DNA of 64,000 bases from positions 288,001 to 352,000 of the forward strand of contig JAXGNR010000004.1 of NCBI GenBank assembly GCA_040767965.1. The letters are read 5' to 3'. A model generated the notes under the pieces. That model made no database searches. It saw nothing but the letters and a program-made list of their open reading frames with translations, and had not been told where the DNA came from. The DNA comes from Atribacterota bacterium. Its GTDB lineage: Bacteria; Atribacterota; Phoenicimicrobiia; Phoenicimicrobiales; Stramentimicrobiaceae. Made by a program: the position numbers and the translations under genes. This document shows positions 1 through 11,819 of the stretch, piece after piece (position 1 is the first letter of the stretch; the number at the start of each line of letters is the position of its first letter).

Positions 1-959
1 TGAAAGGTAATATAGAAGATATTTCGATTTTTTATTCTTTTCCAGCCTGGCTTATAAAAAGATGGATAAGTAGATTTGGCGAAAAATTATGCATTCAAAT
101 TTGTGAAACTATGAATAAAAAACCGAAAATAACGATCCGATCTAATCCAATCAGGGCTGATCTGGATTTATTAAAAAGAGAATTAGAAAAATTAGGAATT
201 GCTTTTCAGGAAAGCCAATATCTTTCGAAAGAGCTATTAACACTGGAGAATATTATTAATATTGCTGATTCTGATATTTTTAAAAAGGGATTTTTTTCAG
301 TGCAAGATGAAAGTTCTGCTCTTGCTTCAAGATTTTTAGCCCCCTTACCAGGAGAAACTATTCTTGACATGTGTAGTGGACCCGGAGGAAAAACCACTCA
401 TATTGCACAATTAATGAAAAACAAAGGGAAAATTATTGCTTTTGAAAAAAACAAAAAAAGGCTGAATATGGTGGAAGATGAATGCCGAAGGCTGGGAATT
501 AATAGCGTGGAAACGGTTTTGCTGGATGCTGCTAAATTATGCAGCAATTATCTGGGAATTGCTGATAGAATTTTAGTGGATGCTCCATGTTCCGGCAGCG
601 GGGTAATTAGGAGAAAACCAGATTTAAAATGGAAAAATTGGGATAATAACCACCTGAAGATTCTGAATCAGCTGCAAAAACAAATTCTCAATACTGCTGC
701 CAGGTATTTAAAAAATGGCGGAGAAATTCTTTATTCTACTTGCAGCATGGAAAAAGAAGAAAATGATGATATTATAGCTCATTTTTTAAGCAAAAATAAG
801 AATTTTATTATTCTGAACAGTGATTCTTTTTTAAAAAAATATGGTGTGTTAAAATATAATACTGATATCAGCCAATCTATTCAACTTTTGCCAGGCTACT
901 CCGGTAAGAATGTTGATGGTTTTTATATGGTTAAGATGCAAAAAGTAAATATGGAGTAA
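1..959 (+). CDS. rsmB: 16S rRNA m5C967 methyltransferase RsmB/Sun (5'-partial)
   Basis: Frame is open from the window edge (KGNIEDISIFYSFPAWLIKRW...). Motifs QDESS, DMCSGPGGKT, DAPCSGSG, YSTCS and DGFY are those of the NOL1/NOP2/Sun family. Confidence 0.95.
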   Translation, partial: KGNIEDISIFYSFPAWLIKRWISRFGEKLCIQICETMNKKPKITIRSNPIRADLDLLKRELEKLGIAFQESQYLSKELLTLENIINIADSDIFKKGFFSVQDESSALASRFLAPLPGETILDMCSGPGGKTTHIAQLMKNKGKIIAFEKNKKRLNMVEDECRRLGINSVETVLLDAAKLCSNYLGIADRILVDAPCSGSGVIRRKPDLKWKNWDNNHLKILNQLQKQILNTAARYLKNGGEILYSTCSMEKEENDDIIAHFLSKNKNFIILNSDSFLKKYGVLKYNTDISQSIQLLPGYSGKNVDGFYMVKMQKVNME

Positions 960-962
960 ACG

Positions 963-1496
963 ATGTTATTAAGACTAATATCTGGAATAACCCGATTAGC
1001 TTTTGTGCTTATGGTTGCAATAATTTCAATAGCTGCTGGAGGATATATCGCCATATTGACCTATCAGGCAATTTTTTATATACCAAATGTAACCGTTCCA
1101 TCTGTTTTAAATATGGAGATTAATGCTGCCCAACAGGAATTGCACCAAAGTGGACTAAAAATGATGATCGTTGACGAACCGGTTTTAGGAGACAGTAGCA
1201 ACTGGTTTGTGATAAGTCAGAAGCCATTGCCTGGCGCTGAAATAAAAAAGAATCGCACCATAGAAGTAGAAATAAGAGATATAAGAATATCTAATCAGAT
1301 ACCAAACTTGATTGGTAAGACTCTTCAAGAAGCAGAAAAGCTGCTTGTAGAATCAAATTATACAATTGGCAATATAGCTTACTCTATGCACCATCAAATA
1401 GCTACAGGAAGAATCATTGCACAAACACCCAATGCAGGAGAAATCTCCGCTGATAATATTGAAATCAGTGTTCTTGTAAGTAAAGGGGTTTATTAG
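963..1496 (+). CDS. Membrane-anchored PASTA-domain protein (two PASTA repeats, no kinase)
   Basis: N-terminal TM helix, then two repeats: VPSVLNM...VISQKPLPG and IPNLIGKT...IIAQTPNAG...VSKG. Confidence 0.85.
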   Translation: MLLRLISGITRLAFVLMVAIISIAAGGYIAILTYQAIFYIPNVTVPSVLNMEINAAQQELHQSGLKMMIVDEPVLGDSSNWFVISQKPLPGAEIKKNRTIEVEIRDIRISNQIPNLIGKTLQEAEKLLVESNYTIGNIAYSMHHQIATGRIIAQTPNAGEISADNIEISVLVSKGVY

Positions 1497-1545
1497 ATAT
1501 TTTTTGTAAAAAAACAGGTTTTTATTATTAAAGCTAGGTAGAAAG

Positions 1546-2670
1546 ATGATTGAAAGCAAAGAATTAAAATATTGGTTAGCCTGGAACAAAGTCAAGACCA
1601 TTGGCCCTATCAGGTTTTATAAATTAATTAAAAATTTCAACTCTTTGGAAGAAGCATGGAATAAAGCACATAAACCAGATGAAATTATTAGGGTTTTGGG
1701 TATTGGCAGGAATGCCTGGGATAAAATAAGGCAAGAAAAAGAAAAAATTAATCCTGAAGAAGAATTAAACATTTTACAAAAATCAAATATCAATACAATT
1801 ACCATTCTAGAAAAAGATTACCCTGTAATGTTAAAAAATATATATAACCCTCCTCCGATTATTTACTATAAAGGAGATTTAATATCCTCCCTGCATCAAA
1901 AGAAAGGATTTGCCATTGTCGGATCTAGAAAATCTACTTATTATGGCCGAAAAGTAGCACGTGAAATTGCTGCTGAATTATCATCATATGGCTTTGTGAT
2001 AGTAAGCGGTCTGGCAAGGGGAATTGATACAAATGCCCATCTTGGTTCTTTGGATTCTGATGGAGAAACAATTGCCGTATTAGGATGCAGTGTTGATAGA
2101 ATATACCCTCCTGAGAATAATAAATTAGCCAATCAGATAATGGAAAATGGAGCGATAATATCTGAATTCCCTCTTAATACACAACCGGAAAAGAGTAATT
2201 TCCCTAGAAGAAATAGAATTATTAGCGGATTAACCATAGGAACTTTAGTGGTTGAAGCCGCTGAAAGAAGCGGTGCTCTCATAACTGCAGATTTTGCTTT
2301 AGAGCAGGGGAGAGATGTTTTTGCAATACCTGGTAATATTCATTCTTTTCAGTCAAAAGGATGTCATAATTTAATTAAACAAGGAGCTAAATTAGTAAAT
2401 TGTGCTCAGGATATATTAGAAGAATTTACAGATGCAAGTGAATTATTCCAATCAAAATTTACAAAAAAAGAGAACGGACAGTATCTTGTTGAATTAAATG
2501 AAAACGAAAAAAAGCTTTTAAAACATATATCAATAGAACCATTGCATATTGATGAGTTGGCTGAATTAGCTAATATTCCCTATAATGAATTTAATGAAGT
2601 TTTGTTGATGCTGGAATTAAAAAATCTTATCAAGGAAATCGAAGGCAAGAGATATATCAGAATAAAATAA
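1546..2670 (+). CDS. dprA: DNA-processing protein DprA/Smf
   Basis: Motifs AIVGSR, IVSGLARGID, FPRRNRIISGL, SGALITA and VFAIPG; C-terminal winged helix. Confidence 0.96.
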   Translation: MIESKELKYWLAWNKVKTIGPIRFYKLIKNFNSLEEAWNKAHKPDEIIRVLGIGRNAWDKIRQEKEKINPEEELNILQKSNINTITILEKDYPVMLKNIYNPPPIIYYKGDLISSLHQKKGFAIVGSRKSTYYGRKVAREIAAELSSYGFVIVSGLARGIDTNAHLGSLDSDGETIAVLGCSVDRIYPPENNKLANQIMENGAIISEFPLNTQPEKSNFPRRNRIISGLTIGTLVVEAAERSGALITADFALEQGRDVFAIPGNIHSFQSKGCHNLIKQGAKLVNCAQDILEEFTDASELFQSKFTKKENGQYLVELNENEKKLLKHISIEPLHIDELAELANIPYNEFNEVLLMLELKNLIKEIEGKRYIRIK

Positions 2671-2713
2671 TATAACCGGGAAAACATTTTTCATGATTAT
2701 TTATCATATTTAG

Positions 2714-2742
2714 TTGCTAGAAAAATAGCGCTACTGTATAAT
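2714..2742 (+). promoter_or_regulatory. Sigma70-type promoter of tRNA-Pro
   Basis: TTGCTA-17 nt-TATAAT, ending 21 nt upstream of the tRNA. Confidence 0.65.
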
Positions 2743-2763
2743 AGGTTTGTATTATTCTAAAGT

Positions 2764-2841
<78 letters not shown>

Positions 2842-3082
2842 TTAATCCAAAATAATATTTACTAAAAAATGTGCATCTAGATAGAGTTCATAAGTTTATA
2901 TTTGATATTGACCTCCATAATTAATGCCTAAACCCACATTTAAAGCTGGAAAGCATTATTCTGGCTTTTTTAAAGCTTCTTTTTAATTGTGAGGAAATTT
3001 TTAATAATTTTAAATAATATTTTTCCATTATAGGATGAATAATTACTTATTTCATACACTAAAATAATTGAGGCAAGTATAA

Positions 3083-3850
3083 TTGAAAATACTATTAACA
3101 AATGATGATGGAATTCATGCGAAAGGTTTAGCAGAATTAAAAAATTGCCTCCAAAAATTTGGAGAAGTCTTGGTAGTTGCTCCGGACAGAGATAGAAGCG
3201 GTGCCGGTCCTTCCACTACTTTTTATAAAACAGTTAGCTGTAAAGAGGTCTGGTCTAAAGAAGAATTTTTTGGTTATTCGGTAAGCGGAACGCCTGTCGA
3301 TTGTGTCATTATCGGTATAGATAAATTATGTGTAGACTTTAAACCTGATTTAATTGTATCAGGTATAAATGCCGGTGCTAATCTTGGACAGGATATATTT
3401 TACTCTGGTACTGTAGGAGCTGCAATAGAAGGATTTTTCCAGGATATATTTTCCATAGCCATATCTATAAACAAAAAAGAGAAACCAAATTATGATACTG
3501 CAATTAAAGTTATAGATAAGATAATGTCCACTTTACCAACAGGGGTTTTTAAAAAGCAGCACCTTTTAAATATCAATATTCCCAATGTTGAATATCATTC
3601 AATCAAGAGAGTTATCTTAACAAAATTAGCCCAGGTTTTTCATCAAAAAAATATCAAAGAAATTTACCAAGCAGGGAGGACAAAATATTTTTGGATTGCC
3701 GGCAGTCAACCGGAAGGTTTTGCAGAAGAAGGTAGTGATTATTGGGCAGTGTGCAATAACTTTGTTTCAATAACAGATATTGCTCCACGATTAAGAAAAA
3801 AGAATACTCAATATGATCTCAAAGAATGGATTGAATGTATTAATTTTTAG
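3083..3850 (+). CDS. surE: 5'/3'-nucleotidase SurE
   Basis: Motifs ILLTNDDG, VVAP, GTPVDCV, SGINAGANLG and YSGTVGAA; TTG start. Confidence 0.95.
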   Translation: MKILLTNDDGIHAKGLAELKNCLQKFGEVLVVAPDRDRSGAGPSTTFYKTVSCKEVWSKEEFFGYSVSGTPVDCVIIGIDKLCVDFKPDLIVSGINAGANLGQDIFYSGTVGAAIEGFFQDIFSIAISINKKEKPNYDTAIKVIDKIMSTLPTGVFKKQHLLNINIPNVEYHSIKRVILTKLAQVFHQKNIKEIYQAGRTKYFWIAGSQPEGFAEEGSDYWAVCNNFVSITDIAPRLRKKNTQYDLKEWIECINF

Positions 3851-3883
3851 CATAAAAATGGAGAGAAAGTAAAATCAGCTATT

Positions 3884-4096
3884 ATGAATGAAGGGCTTTT
3901 CCTACTGGTAATTTTAATTTTTTTAATTGTTGTTTTGTCAAAAATAATAGTTAAAATGATGAATTCAGGCAATGGTAAATATAAAGTGGCAATTTTTTAC
4001 AGCAGGATGCTACTGGGCTTTTTTTTAACCATGGTTGTTTATATTGGTTATTTACTGATAAAAGGGGAAGATATCTTAATCAAATTTTTTGGTTAG
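3884..4096 (+). CDS. Small two-TM membrane protein of unknown function
   Basis: 70 aa with two hydrophobic helices; fills the gap between surE and tRNA-Gly. Confidence 0.6.
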   Translation: MNEGLFLLVILIFLIVVLSKIIVKMMNSGNGKYKVAIFYSRMLLGFFLTMVVYIGYLLIKGEDILIKFFG

Positions 4097-4107
4097 GAAA
4101 AATAACT

Positions 4108-4183
4108 TGGAGCGGGAAACGGGTTTTGAACCCGCGGCCTTTGGCTTGGGAAGCCAACGCTCTACCAACTGAGCTATTCCCGC
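4108..4183 (-). tRNA. tRNA-Gly (CCC)
   Basis: Reverse complement reads GCGGGAATAGCTCAGTTGGTAGAGCG-TTGGC-TTCCCAA-GCCAA-...GGTTCAAAACCCGTTTCCCGCTCCA. Confidence 0.97.
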
Positions 4184-4203
4184 ATCAATTTTAATTGAGT
4201 TTT

Positions 4204-4232
4204 ATTATATATTAAAATTATTATATTTTCAA
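4204..4232 (-). promoter_or_regulatory. Sigma70-type promoter of tRNA-Gly
   Basis: On the minus strand, TTGAAA-17 nt-TATAAT, ending 20 nt upstream of the tRNA. Confidence 0.55.
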
Positions 4233-4283
4233 TGTGCTTTTTATGGATAAAATAAAAAACTATCAAAAGGAAAGGAAGAACAT

Positions 4284-5669
4284 TTGAACCACAGAAATTA
4301 TTACAGTAAAAAAAAATCAGATAGAAAAAATAAAAAAATAGGGAGATTTTTAATAATCATTTTATCAGTATTTATCGCTTTTATGATTGCGTATTCCGTT
4401 GATTCATTTTTCTATAGAAATAAAATATATCCTAATGTGCATTTGTTCCAATATGGAATCGGACGTTTAAATGAAGCACAAGCCCTGGAGAAAATAAGAG
4501 ATATCAGTAATGAGATTTTAAACAACTCTCTTCTAGTTGTTTTTGAAGGCAAAGAATACAGAATAATCCCATCAGAAGATCTGGGAGCTTCTTTAAATAT
4601 AGAAAAAATATTTCAAGAAGGATATTCTGTTGCCAGAAGGGGAAATCTTTGGAATAGGATTTCTGAAAGAATCTCATTATTTAGTAAACCTCTTCAAATT
4701 TCTGAATCTATTAGATATAAAGAAGAATCATTTAATTTATTTTATGGAAAATTACAAGAATGGGTTGAACGACCTACCAGAGATGCTCAATTGGTGTCGT
4801 CAAAAGTTATTTCTTCTGAGGTTGGAGTGGAAATTAACAGGATAGAATTATTAAAAGAATTAACCAATACCATTATTAATCAGCCAGAAAGTTCAGATAT
4901 TGTTAATAAAATAATAATTCCTGTCAATCTTCAAAAACCACTAATATCGACTAATGAAATTTTAAATCAGATGGAAACAAACCAATTATTAAGTACATAC
5001 GAAACATCTCTGGCGGGAAAAGAAGAAAATACTCTCTTTAATATAAAAAAAGCAGCAGCTGATGCAAATGGAATTATATTAAAACCAGGGGAGACATTTT
5101 TCTTCAATCAGCTTATTGGCCCTGCCGAAAAGGAAGATGGTTATAAAGAGAGCATTATTATTTCCAATGGGCAATTCACGTCTGGATACGGGGGAGGAGT
5201 TTGCCAGGTGTCTACCACTATTTATAATGCTGCTTTGCTGGCTAACTTGCAAATAATAGAGAGATATAACCATTCTATTTACGGTGATGCAACAAGTTAT
5301 GTCCCTCTGGGACAGGATTCTGCAGTTTTTTATGGCTACAAAGATTTAAAATTTAAGAATAATCTGGAACAGCAAATTGTAATTTTCAGCGAGGTTGAAA
5401 AAGATAAATTAATAGTAAGAATACTGGGAGAACAGTCTTTGGATGTGAATATAAAAATAATTACAGAAGATAAGCAGATTATAGACTACGATATTATTGA
5501 ATTGAAAAGGAAAAATGGAAATTATATTGAGAACCGCATTTTGCAAGAAGGAATACCAGGTTATCAAATTACCACCTATCGGCTTATAACAGGTTCTCAG
5601 GGAGAGAGAAGGGAATTTATATCCAGGGATCAATATATTAGTGTTCCCCAAAAAATAATAGTAGATTAA
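4284..5669 (+). CDS. VanW-family protein (TM, PG-binding-4-like region, VanW, G5-like C-terminus)
   Basis: VanW core GIILKPGETFFFN, GYGGGVCQVSTTIYNA, ERYNHS, YVPLGQDSAV, DLKFKN. Confidence 0.9.
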   Translation: MNHRNYYSKKKSDRKNKKIGRFLIIILSVFIAFMIAYSVDSFFYRNKIYPNVHLFQYGIGRLNEAQALEKIRDISNEILNNSLLVVFEGKEYRIIPSEDLGASLNIEKIFQEGYSVARRGNLWNRISERISLFSKPLQISESIRYKEESFNLFYGKLQEWVERPTRDAQLVSSKVISSEVGVEINRIELLKELTNTIINQPESSDIVNKIIIPVNLQKPLISTNEILNQMETNQLLSTYETSLAGKEENTLFNIKKAAADANGIILKPGETFFFNQLIGPAEKEDGYKESIIISNGQFTSGYGGGVCQVSTTIYNAALLANLQIIERYNHSIYGDATSYVPLGQDSAVFYGYKDLKFKNNLEQQIVIFSEVEKDKLIVRILGEQSLDVNIKIITEDKQIIDYDIIELKRKNGNYIENRILQEGIPGYQITTYRLITGSQGERREFISRDQYISVPQKIIVD

Positions 5670-5729
5670 AAAAGTGAGGAATAAAATATTTTTTTAAATA
5701 GAAAACACTTTACATTTTTTAAGATAGGA

Positions 5730-6506
5730 TTGAAAATATTGTTTTCTTTATTAATTATTCATGTTTTATACCTGCAGGGGATTACTGAGGATAAGCTTTT
5801 GATTAACCGGCAAGAGATTATTCTCTGTGAAGGAACTGATTACCAGACAAACGCCTATTTATTTTCCAGTCAACAATCGGAACCTGCTATAATGATTATA
5901 GCTGGAGCTCATGGTGATGAAATTGCCGGTATTGAAGCAGCTAAAAAAATTTTAGATAATTTTAAACTGGAAAAAGGTACAGTAATTTTTATCCCGGAGG
6001 CAAATAAACTGGCTGTAGATAATCATGTTCGTGCAATAACTCCTGATGAAGATTTAAATCGTCATTATCCTGGTGATGTTACTCAGGAAGGAGTAATAAG
6101 GTTGGCTGGTGAAATATTCTCTGTTATGGAAGAAAATAATGTTATTTTTTTATTGGACTTACATGAATCTACTGATTACTATCAAAATAATGAAACTAGT
6201 TTCGGTCAAACAATTGTCATTGATGATATGGACCATACTTTTCTATTAGAAATTAGCCATTTGCTAGCAGAAAGTCTTAATGAGAGTATTGTTTTGCCAC
6301 AGAATTTATTTCAGGTGATTGAAGCTCCTATCGAAGGAAGCAGCACTTATGAATCTTTAAGAAAATATAATATTCCTGGTATCACATTTGAAACCTGTAC
6401 CCTGATTAATCTTAAGAAAAGAATTAAACTCCATTCTTATTGTATTCAATATATATTAGATTATTTTGATATAATACAAAACCAAGAAGTTGAGATAATC
6501 TATTAA
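5730..6506 (+). CDS. M14-clan zinc carboxypeptidase/deacylase (AstE/AspA-like)
   Basis: GAHGDE (HxxE), DLNRHYPG, LLDLHES and a late TFETC glutamate; hydrophobic N-terminus. Confidence 0.8.
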   Translation: MKILFSLLIIHVLYLQGITEDKLLINRQEIILCEGTDYQTNAYLFSSQQSEPAIMIIAGAHGDEIAGIEAAKKILDNFKLEKGTVIFIPEANKLAVDNHVRAITPDEDLNRHYPGDVTQEGVIRLAGEIFSVMEENNVIFLLDLHESTDYYQNNETSFGQTIVIDDMDHTFLLEISHLLAESLNESIVLPQNLFQVIEAPIEGSSTYESLRKYNIPGITFETCTLINLKKRIKLHSYCIQYILDYFDIIQNQEVEIIY

Positions 6507-6523
6507 TAATTCGAAATATGTGA

Positions 6524-6579
6524 AAATAGAAAGACCCCAAAAATAATTCTAAGATTATTTTTGGGGTCTTTCTATTTAA
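6524..6579. terminator. Bidirectional terminator-like hairpin
   Basis: Perfect 25-bp inverted repeat AAATAGAAAGACCCCAAAAAATAAT / ATTATTTTTTGGGGTCTTTCTATTT between convergent genes. Confidence 0.85.
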
Positions 6580-6619
6580 AGATACAAAGTTTATTTAAAG
6601 TTTTAATTTATTAAATTAT

Positions 6620-7696
6620 TTATTCTTCTTCTTCAAAAACTTCCTGATTTTCTCCTTCTGTAACTTCTTCTTGTAAGTTGATATCAGCATCATCTTGTTC
6701 AGTATTTTCTATCTCAGAGGTGAAGTCATAATGGATTTTGATATCAGCATCATCTTTTAGCTGGGCTAAAAGTTCGTCTAATGATGCATTTTGTTTTTGA
6801 GATTTTAAGATATTTCTAATAATTTCTTTTGAATCTTCAAATGTTTGCTGTTGTTCTTCCTGAATATCTTCACAGATAATTATATGAAAACCAAATTCTG
6901 TTTCAACAATATTGCTTATTTGGCCAATTTCCAGAGCAAAAGCGGCCTCTTCAAAAGCAGGGACTGTTTGCCCTCTAACTATATAGCCTAAATCGCCACC
7001 CTGTTCAGATGATGGGCAAATTGAATTATCCTGAGCGATGCTTTCAAAGTCAGCTATTCCATCATTTAATCTGTTTAAAATAGCCTGTGCCTCTTCATAG
7101 TCTTCAAGCAAAATATGTCTTACTTTTCTTCTTTCAGGCTGGAAAAAAAATTGTTCATTTTCTTCATAGTACTGCAGCATTTCTTCATCATTTATTTCTA
7201 TTTTATCATACTCGTTTTGAATGGCTTTCTCGATCATTAATTGCCTGTTGATATCGTTTTTTAATTGATTGACAGTAATGTTATTTCTTTTTAATGTTTC
7301 ATTAAAAGTTGACTCAGAATCGAAGTTTTCTTTGATTGATTCAAGTTCACTATCAATATCACTGCTGGAAATATTTATATTTTGTTTTTGAGCATGCTCA
7401 AATAATAAGGCAGTATTAATTAACTGATTAGTAATATTGTTTTTTAAATTAGCCAAATCAAGGTCAGTCATATTGGATAAGGTCTGATTATCATAACGGG
7501 AAATGAAATTTGTAAAAGTACTTTGCCACTGCTGGTAACTGATTCCAGAATCATTTACTTCAGCTATTAATCCGCTTACAGCCTGTTGTTGATTCCCTGA
7601 TGTTCTGTACTGGCCTAAACCATAAAAGACAGAACCAACGAAAAAAACCAGCAATGCTATAAGGATTGGCTTTAAATGCTTGCGTATATATTGCAT
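6620..7696 (-). CDS. PrsA/SurA-type parvulin peptidyl-prolyl isomerase
   Basis: SurA-N-like helical region plus rotamase motifs VRHILL, GGDLG, FEEAAFAL and ETEFGFHII; acidic tail. Confidence 0.9.
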   Translation of the reverse strand: MQYIRKHLKPILIALLVFFVGSVFYGLGQYRTSGNQQQAVSGLIAEVNDSGISYQQWQSTFTNFISRYDNQTLSNMTDLDLANLKNNITNQLINTALLFEHAQKQNINISSSDIDSELESIKENFDSESTFNETLKRNNITVNQLKNDINRQLMIEKAIQNEYDKIEINDEEMLQYYEENEQFFFQPERRKVRHILLEDYEEAQAILNRLNDGIADFESIAQDNSICPSSEQGGDLGYIVRGQTVPAFEEAAFALEIGQISNIVETEFGFHIIICEDIQEEQQQTFEDSKEIIRNILKSQKQNASLDELLAQLKDDADIKIHYDFTSEIENTEQDDADINLQEEVTEGENQEVFEEEE

Positions 7697-7877
7697 AATA
7701 TTATGTGGTCTCCTTAATATTTTTGGATTTTGATATCGATTATAAATATAATATTACCATAGATATTTGTCAAATAAAGAAAATTATAATTAGTAATTGT
7801 AATATTTCATAAATATTGAGATTTTTAGTTAATTTGTTATATACTATAAACATTAATTATTTACAAGATGATATTAA

Positions 7878-9938
<2,061 letters not shown>

Positions 9939-9963
9939 CATAATCATTAAAAGGGGTAATATC

Positions 9964-10257
9964 ATGACAGAAAAGATAATCACAAAGAAAGATGTTGAAT
10001 ATGTAGCTGGATTAGCAAAACTAGAGCTAACTGAAGAACAAAAAGAGCTCTTTGTTAAACAGTTTAATGACATTCTAACTTATTTTAAAAAGCTAAACGA
10101 GGTAGATACTGAAAACATTGAGCCGACATCTCATATTTTACCATTAGCCAATACATTCCATGAAGATTCAATTAAACCATCCTTATCACAGGAAGAGGTT
10201 ATGAAATTGACTTCTTGCACTAAAGATGGATATTTTAAAGTACCAAAAATATTATAG
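9964..10257 (+). CDS. gatC: Asp/Glu-tRNA amidotransferase subunit C
   Basis: VEYVAGLAKLEL...GYFKVPKIL; first gene of gatCAB. Start moved to the ATG after the AAGGGG SD. Confidence 0.93.
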   Translation: MTEKIITKKDVEYVAGLAKLELTEEQKELFVKQFNDILTYFKKLNEVDTENIEPTSHILPLANTFHEDSIKPSLSQEEVMKLTSCTKDGYFKVPKIL

Positions 10258-10311
10258 TGATTGAAAGTAAACAAAAGACATATCTATTTAAAACAATGGG
10301 AGGAGATTGTT

Positions 10312-11781
10312 TTGCAGCTAAATAAATTAAAAGCAATTGATTACATCGAAATGGTCCAAAAAAGAGAAGTATCTGTTGAACAGGTATTTGATGATATTTT
10401 CCAGCAAATTGATACTAAAGATAAAAAATTAAAGGCTTATTTAAGTTTAAATCGGGAAAATGCTTTATCTGAAGCAAGAGAGATGGATAAAAAAATAGCT
10501 AAAGGAGATAAAATTCCCCCTTTAGCAGGATTACCCGTTGCAATAAAGGATATTATAAGCACAAAAGGGATTGAAACAACCTGTGCTTCCAAAATGCTGC
10601 AAGGGTATATTCCTCCATATGATGCAACTGTAATAAAAAAAATTAAAGAAGCCGGAGGAATAATCATAGGTAAAACCAATATGGATGAATTTGCAATGGG
10701 TTCCTCAACTGAAAGTTCTGCTTTTCAACTAACATTGAATCCGTGGGATATCAGCAGGGTTCCTGGAGGATCTAGCGGAGGTTCGGCAGTAGCGGTTGCC
10801 GCAAATGAAGCATTGATTGCCCTAGGTACTGATACCGGAGGCTCTGTGAGATTGCCAGCTGCTTTCTGTGGGTTGGTTGGTATTAAACCTACCTATGGCA
10901 GAGTTTCCCGTTATGGAGTGATTCCTTATGCTTCTTCATTAGACCAGGTAGGTGTATTAAGTAAATGTGTCCAGGATGCAGCCTTAATGCTAAATACTAT
11001 TTGCGGGTATGATTCTCTGGATTCCACTTCTGCTAACCTTTCTGTTACTGACTTTCTTTCTTCATGTCAGGAAGGTATGGAAGATTTAAAAATTGGTGTA
11101 CCACAGGAATATTTTAAAGAAGGGTTACAAAGTGAAATAAAAAACGCTGTAATGAACACTATTCAAGGAATCAAAAATCTAGGTGGGAATATAGAGGATA
11201 CATCTTTGCCACATATTGAATATACATTGCCTGCTTATTATTTAATTGGAATGGCTGAAGCAAGCTCGAATATGGCTAAATATGATGGTGTTCAATATGG
11301 ATTAAGAATTAACGAAAACAACAACTTAGAGGATATGTATAAAAAAACCAGGAGCAGGGGATTTGGCTCAGAGGTTATCAGAAGGATAATGCTAGGAACC
11401 TATGCCCTTAGTTCAGGTTATTATGATGCCTATTACTTAAAAGCTCAAAAAATTCGAACAATAATAAAAAGAGATTTTGAAAATGTTTTTCAAAAATACG
11501 ATGTGCTTATTTGCCCTACTTCACCAGTTCCAGCATTCAAAGTTGGAGAAAAAATTGATGATCCTTTAACAATGTACTTAACTGATGCATATACAATGCC
11601 AGTTAACATGGCCGGCTTACCGGCTTTATCAATTAATTGTGGTTTTACTAAAGAAAATCTACCAATAGGAATACAAATAATTGGTAAACCTTTCCAGGAA
11701 GATAAAATATTAAAAGTTGCCTATAATATTGAAAAAAGGATAGATGGAGCTGGTTTTAAAAATCCGGAAATGAATTTTTAG
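10312..11781 (+). CDS. gatA: Asp/Glu-tRNA amidotransferase subunit A
   Basis: Amidase signature GKTNMDEFAMGSS, PGGSSGGSA, GTDTGGSVR, plus RRIMLGTYALS. Probable TTG start after GGAGGAG. Confidence 0.97.
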   Translation: MQLNKLKAIDYIEMVQKREVSVEQVFDDIFQQIDTKDKKLKAYLSLNRENALSEAREMDKKIAKGDKIPPLAGLPVAIKDIISTKGIETTCASKMLQGYIPPYDATVIKKIKEAGGIIIGKTNMDEFAMGSSTESSAFQLTLNPWDISRVPGGSSGGSAVAVAANEALIALGTDTGGSVRLPAAFCGLVGIKPTYGRVSRYGVIPYASSLDQVGVLSKCVQDAALMLNTICGYDSLDSTSANLSVTDFLSSCQEGMEDLKIGVPQEYFKEGLQSEIKNAVMNTIQGIKNLGGNIEDTSLPHIEYTLPAYYLIGMAEASSNMAKYDGVQYGLRINENNNLEDMYKKTRSRGFGSEVIRRIMLGTYALSSGYYDAYYLKAQKIRTIIKRDFENVFQKYDVLICPTSPVPAFKVGEKIDDPLTMYLTDAYTMPVNMAGLPALSINCGFTKENLPIGIQIIGKPFQEDKILKVAYNIEKRIDGAGFKNPEMNF

Positions 11782-11819
11782 AAATTAATAATAAGAAAAA
11801 CAAAGAAATGGAGTTAAGA

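Noticed and set aside
4284-5669. Vancomycin resistance locus
   Set aside because: VanW domain only; no vanHAX/vanRS genes in the window.
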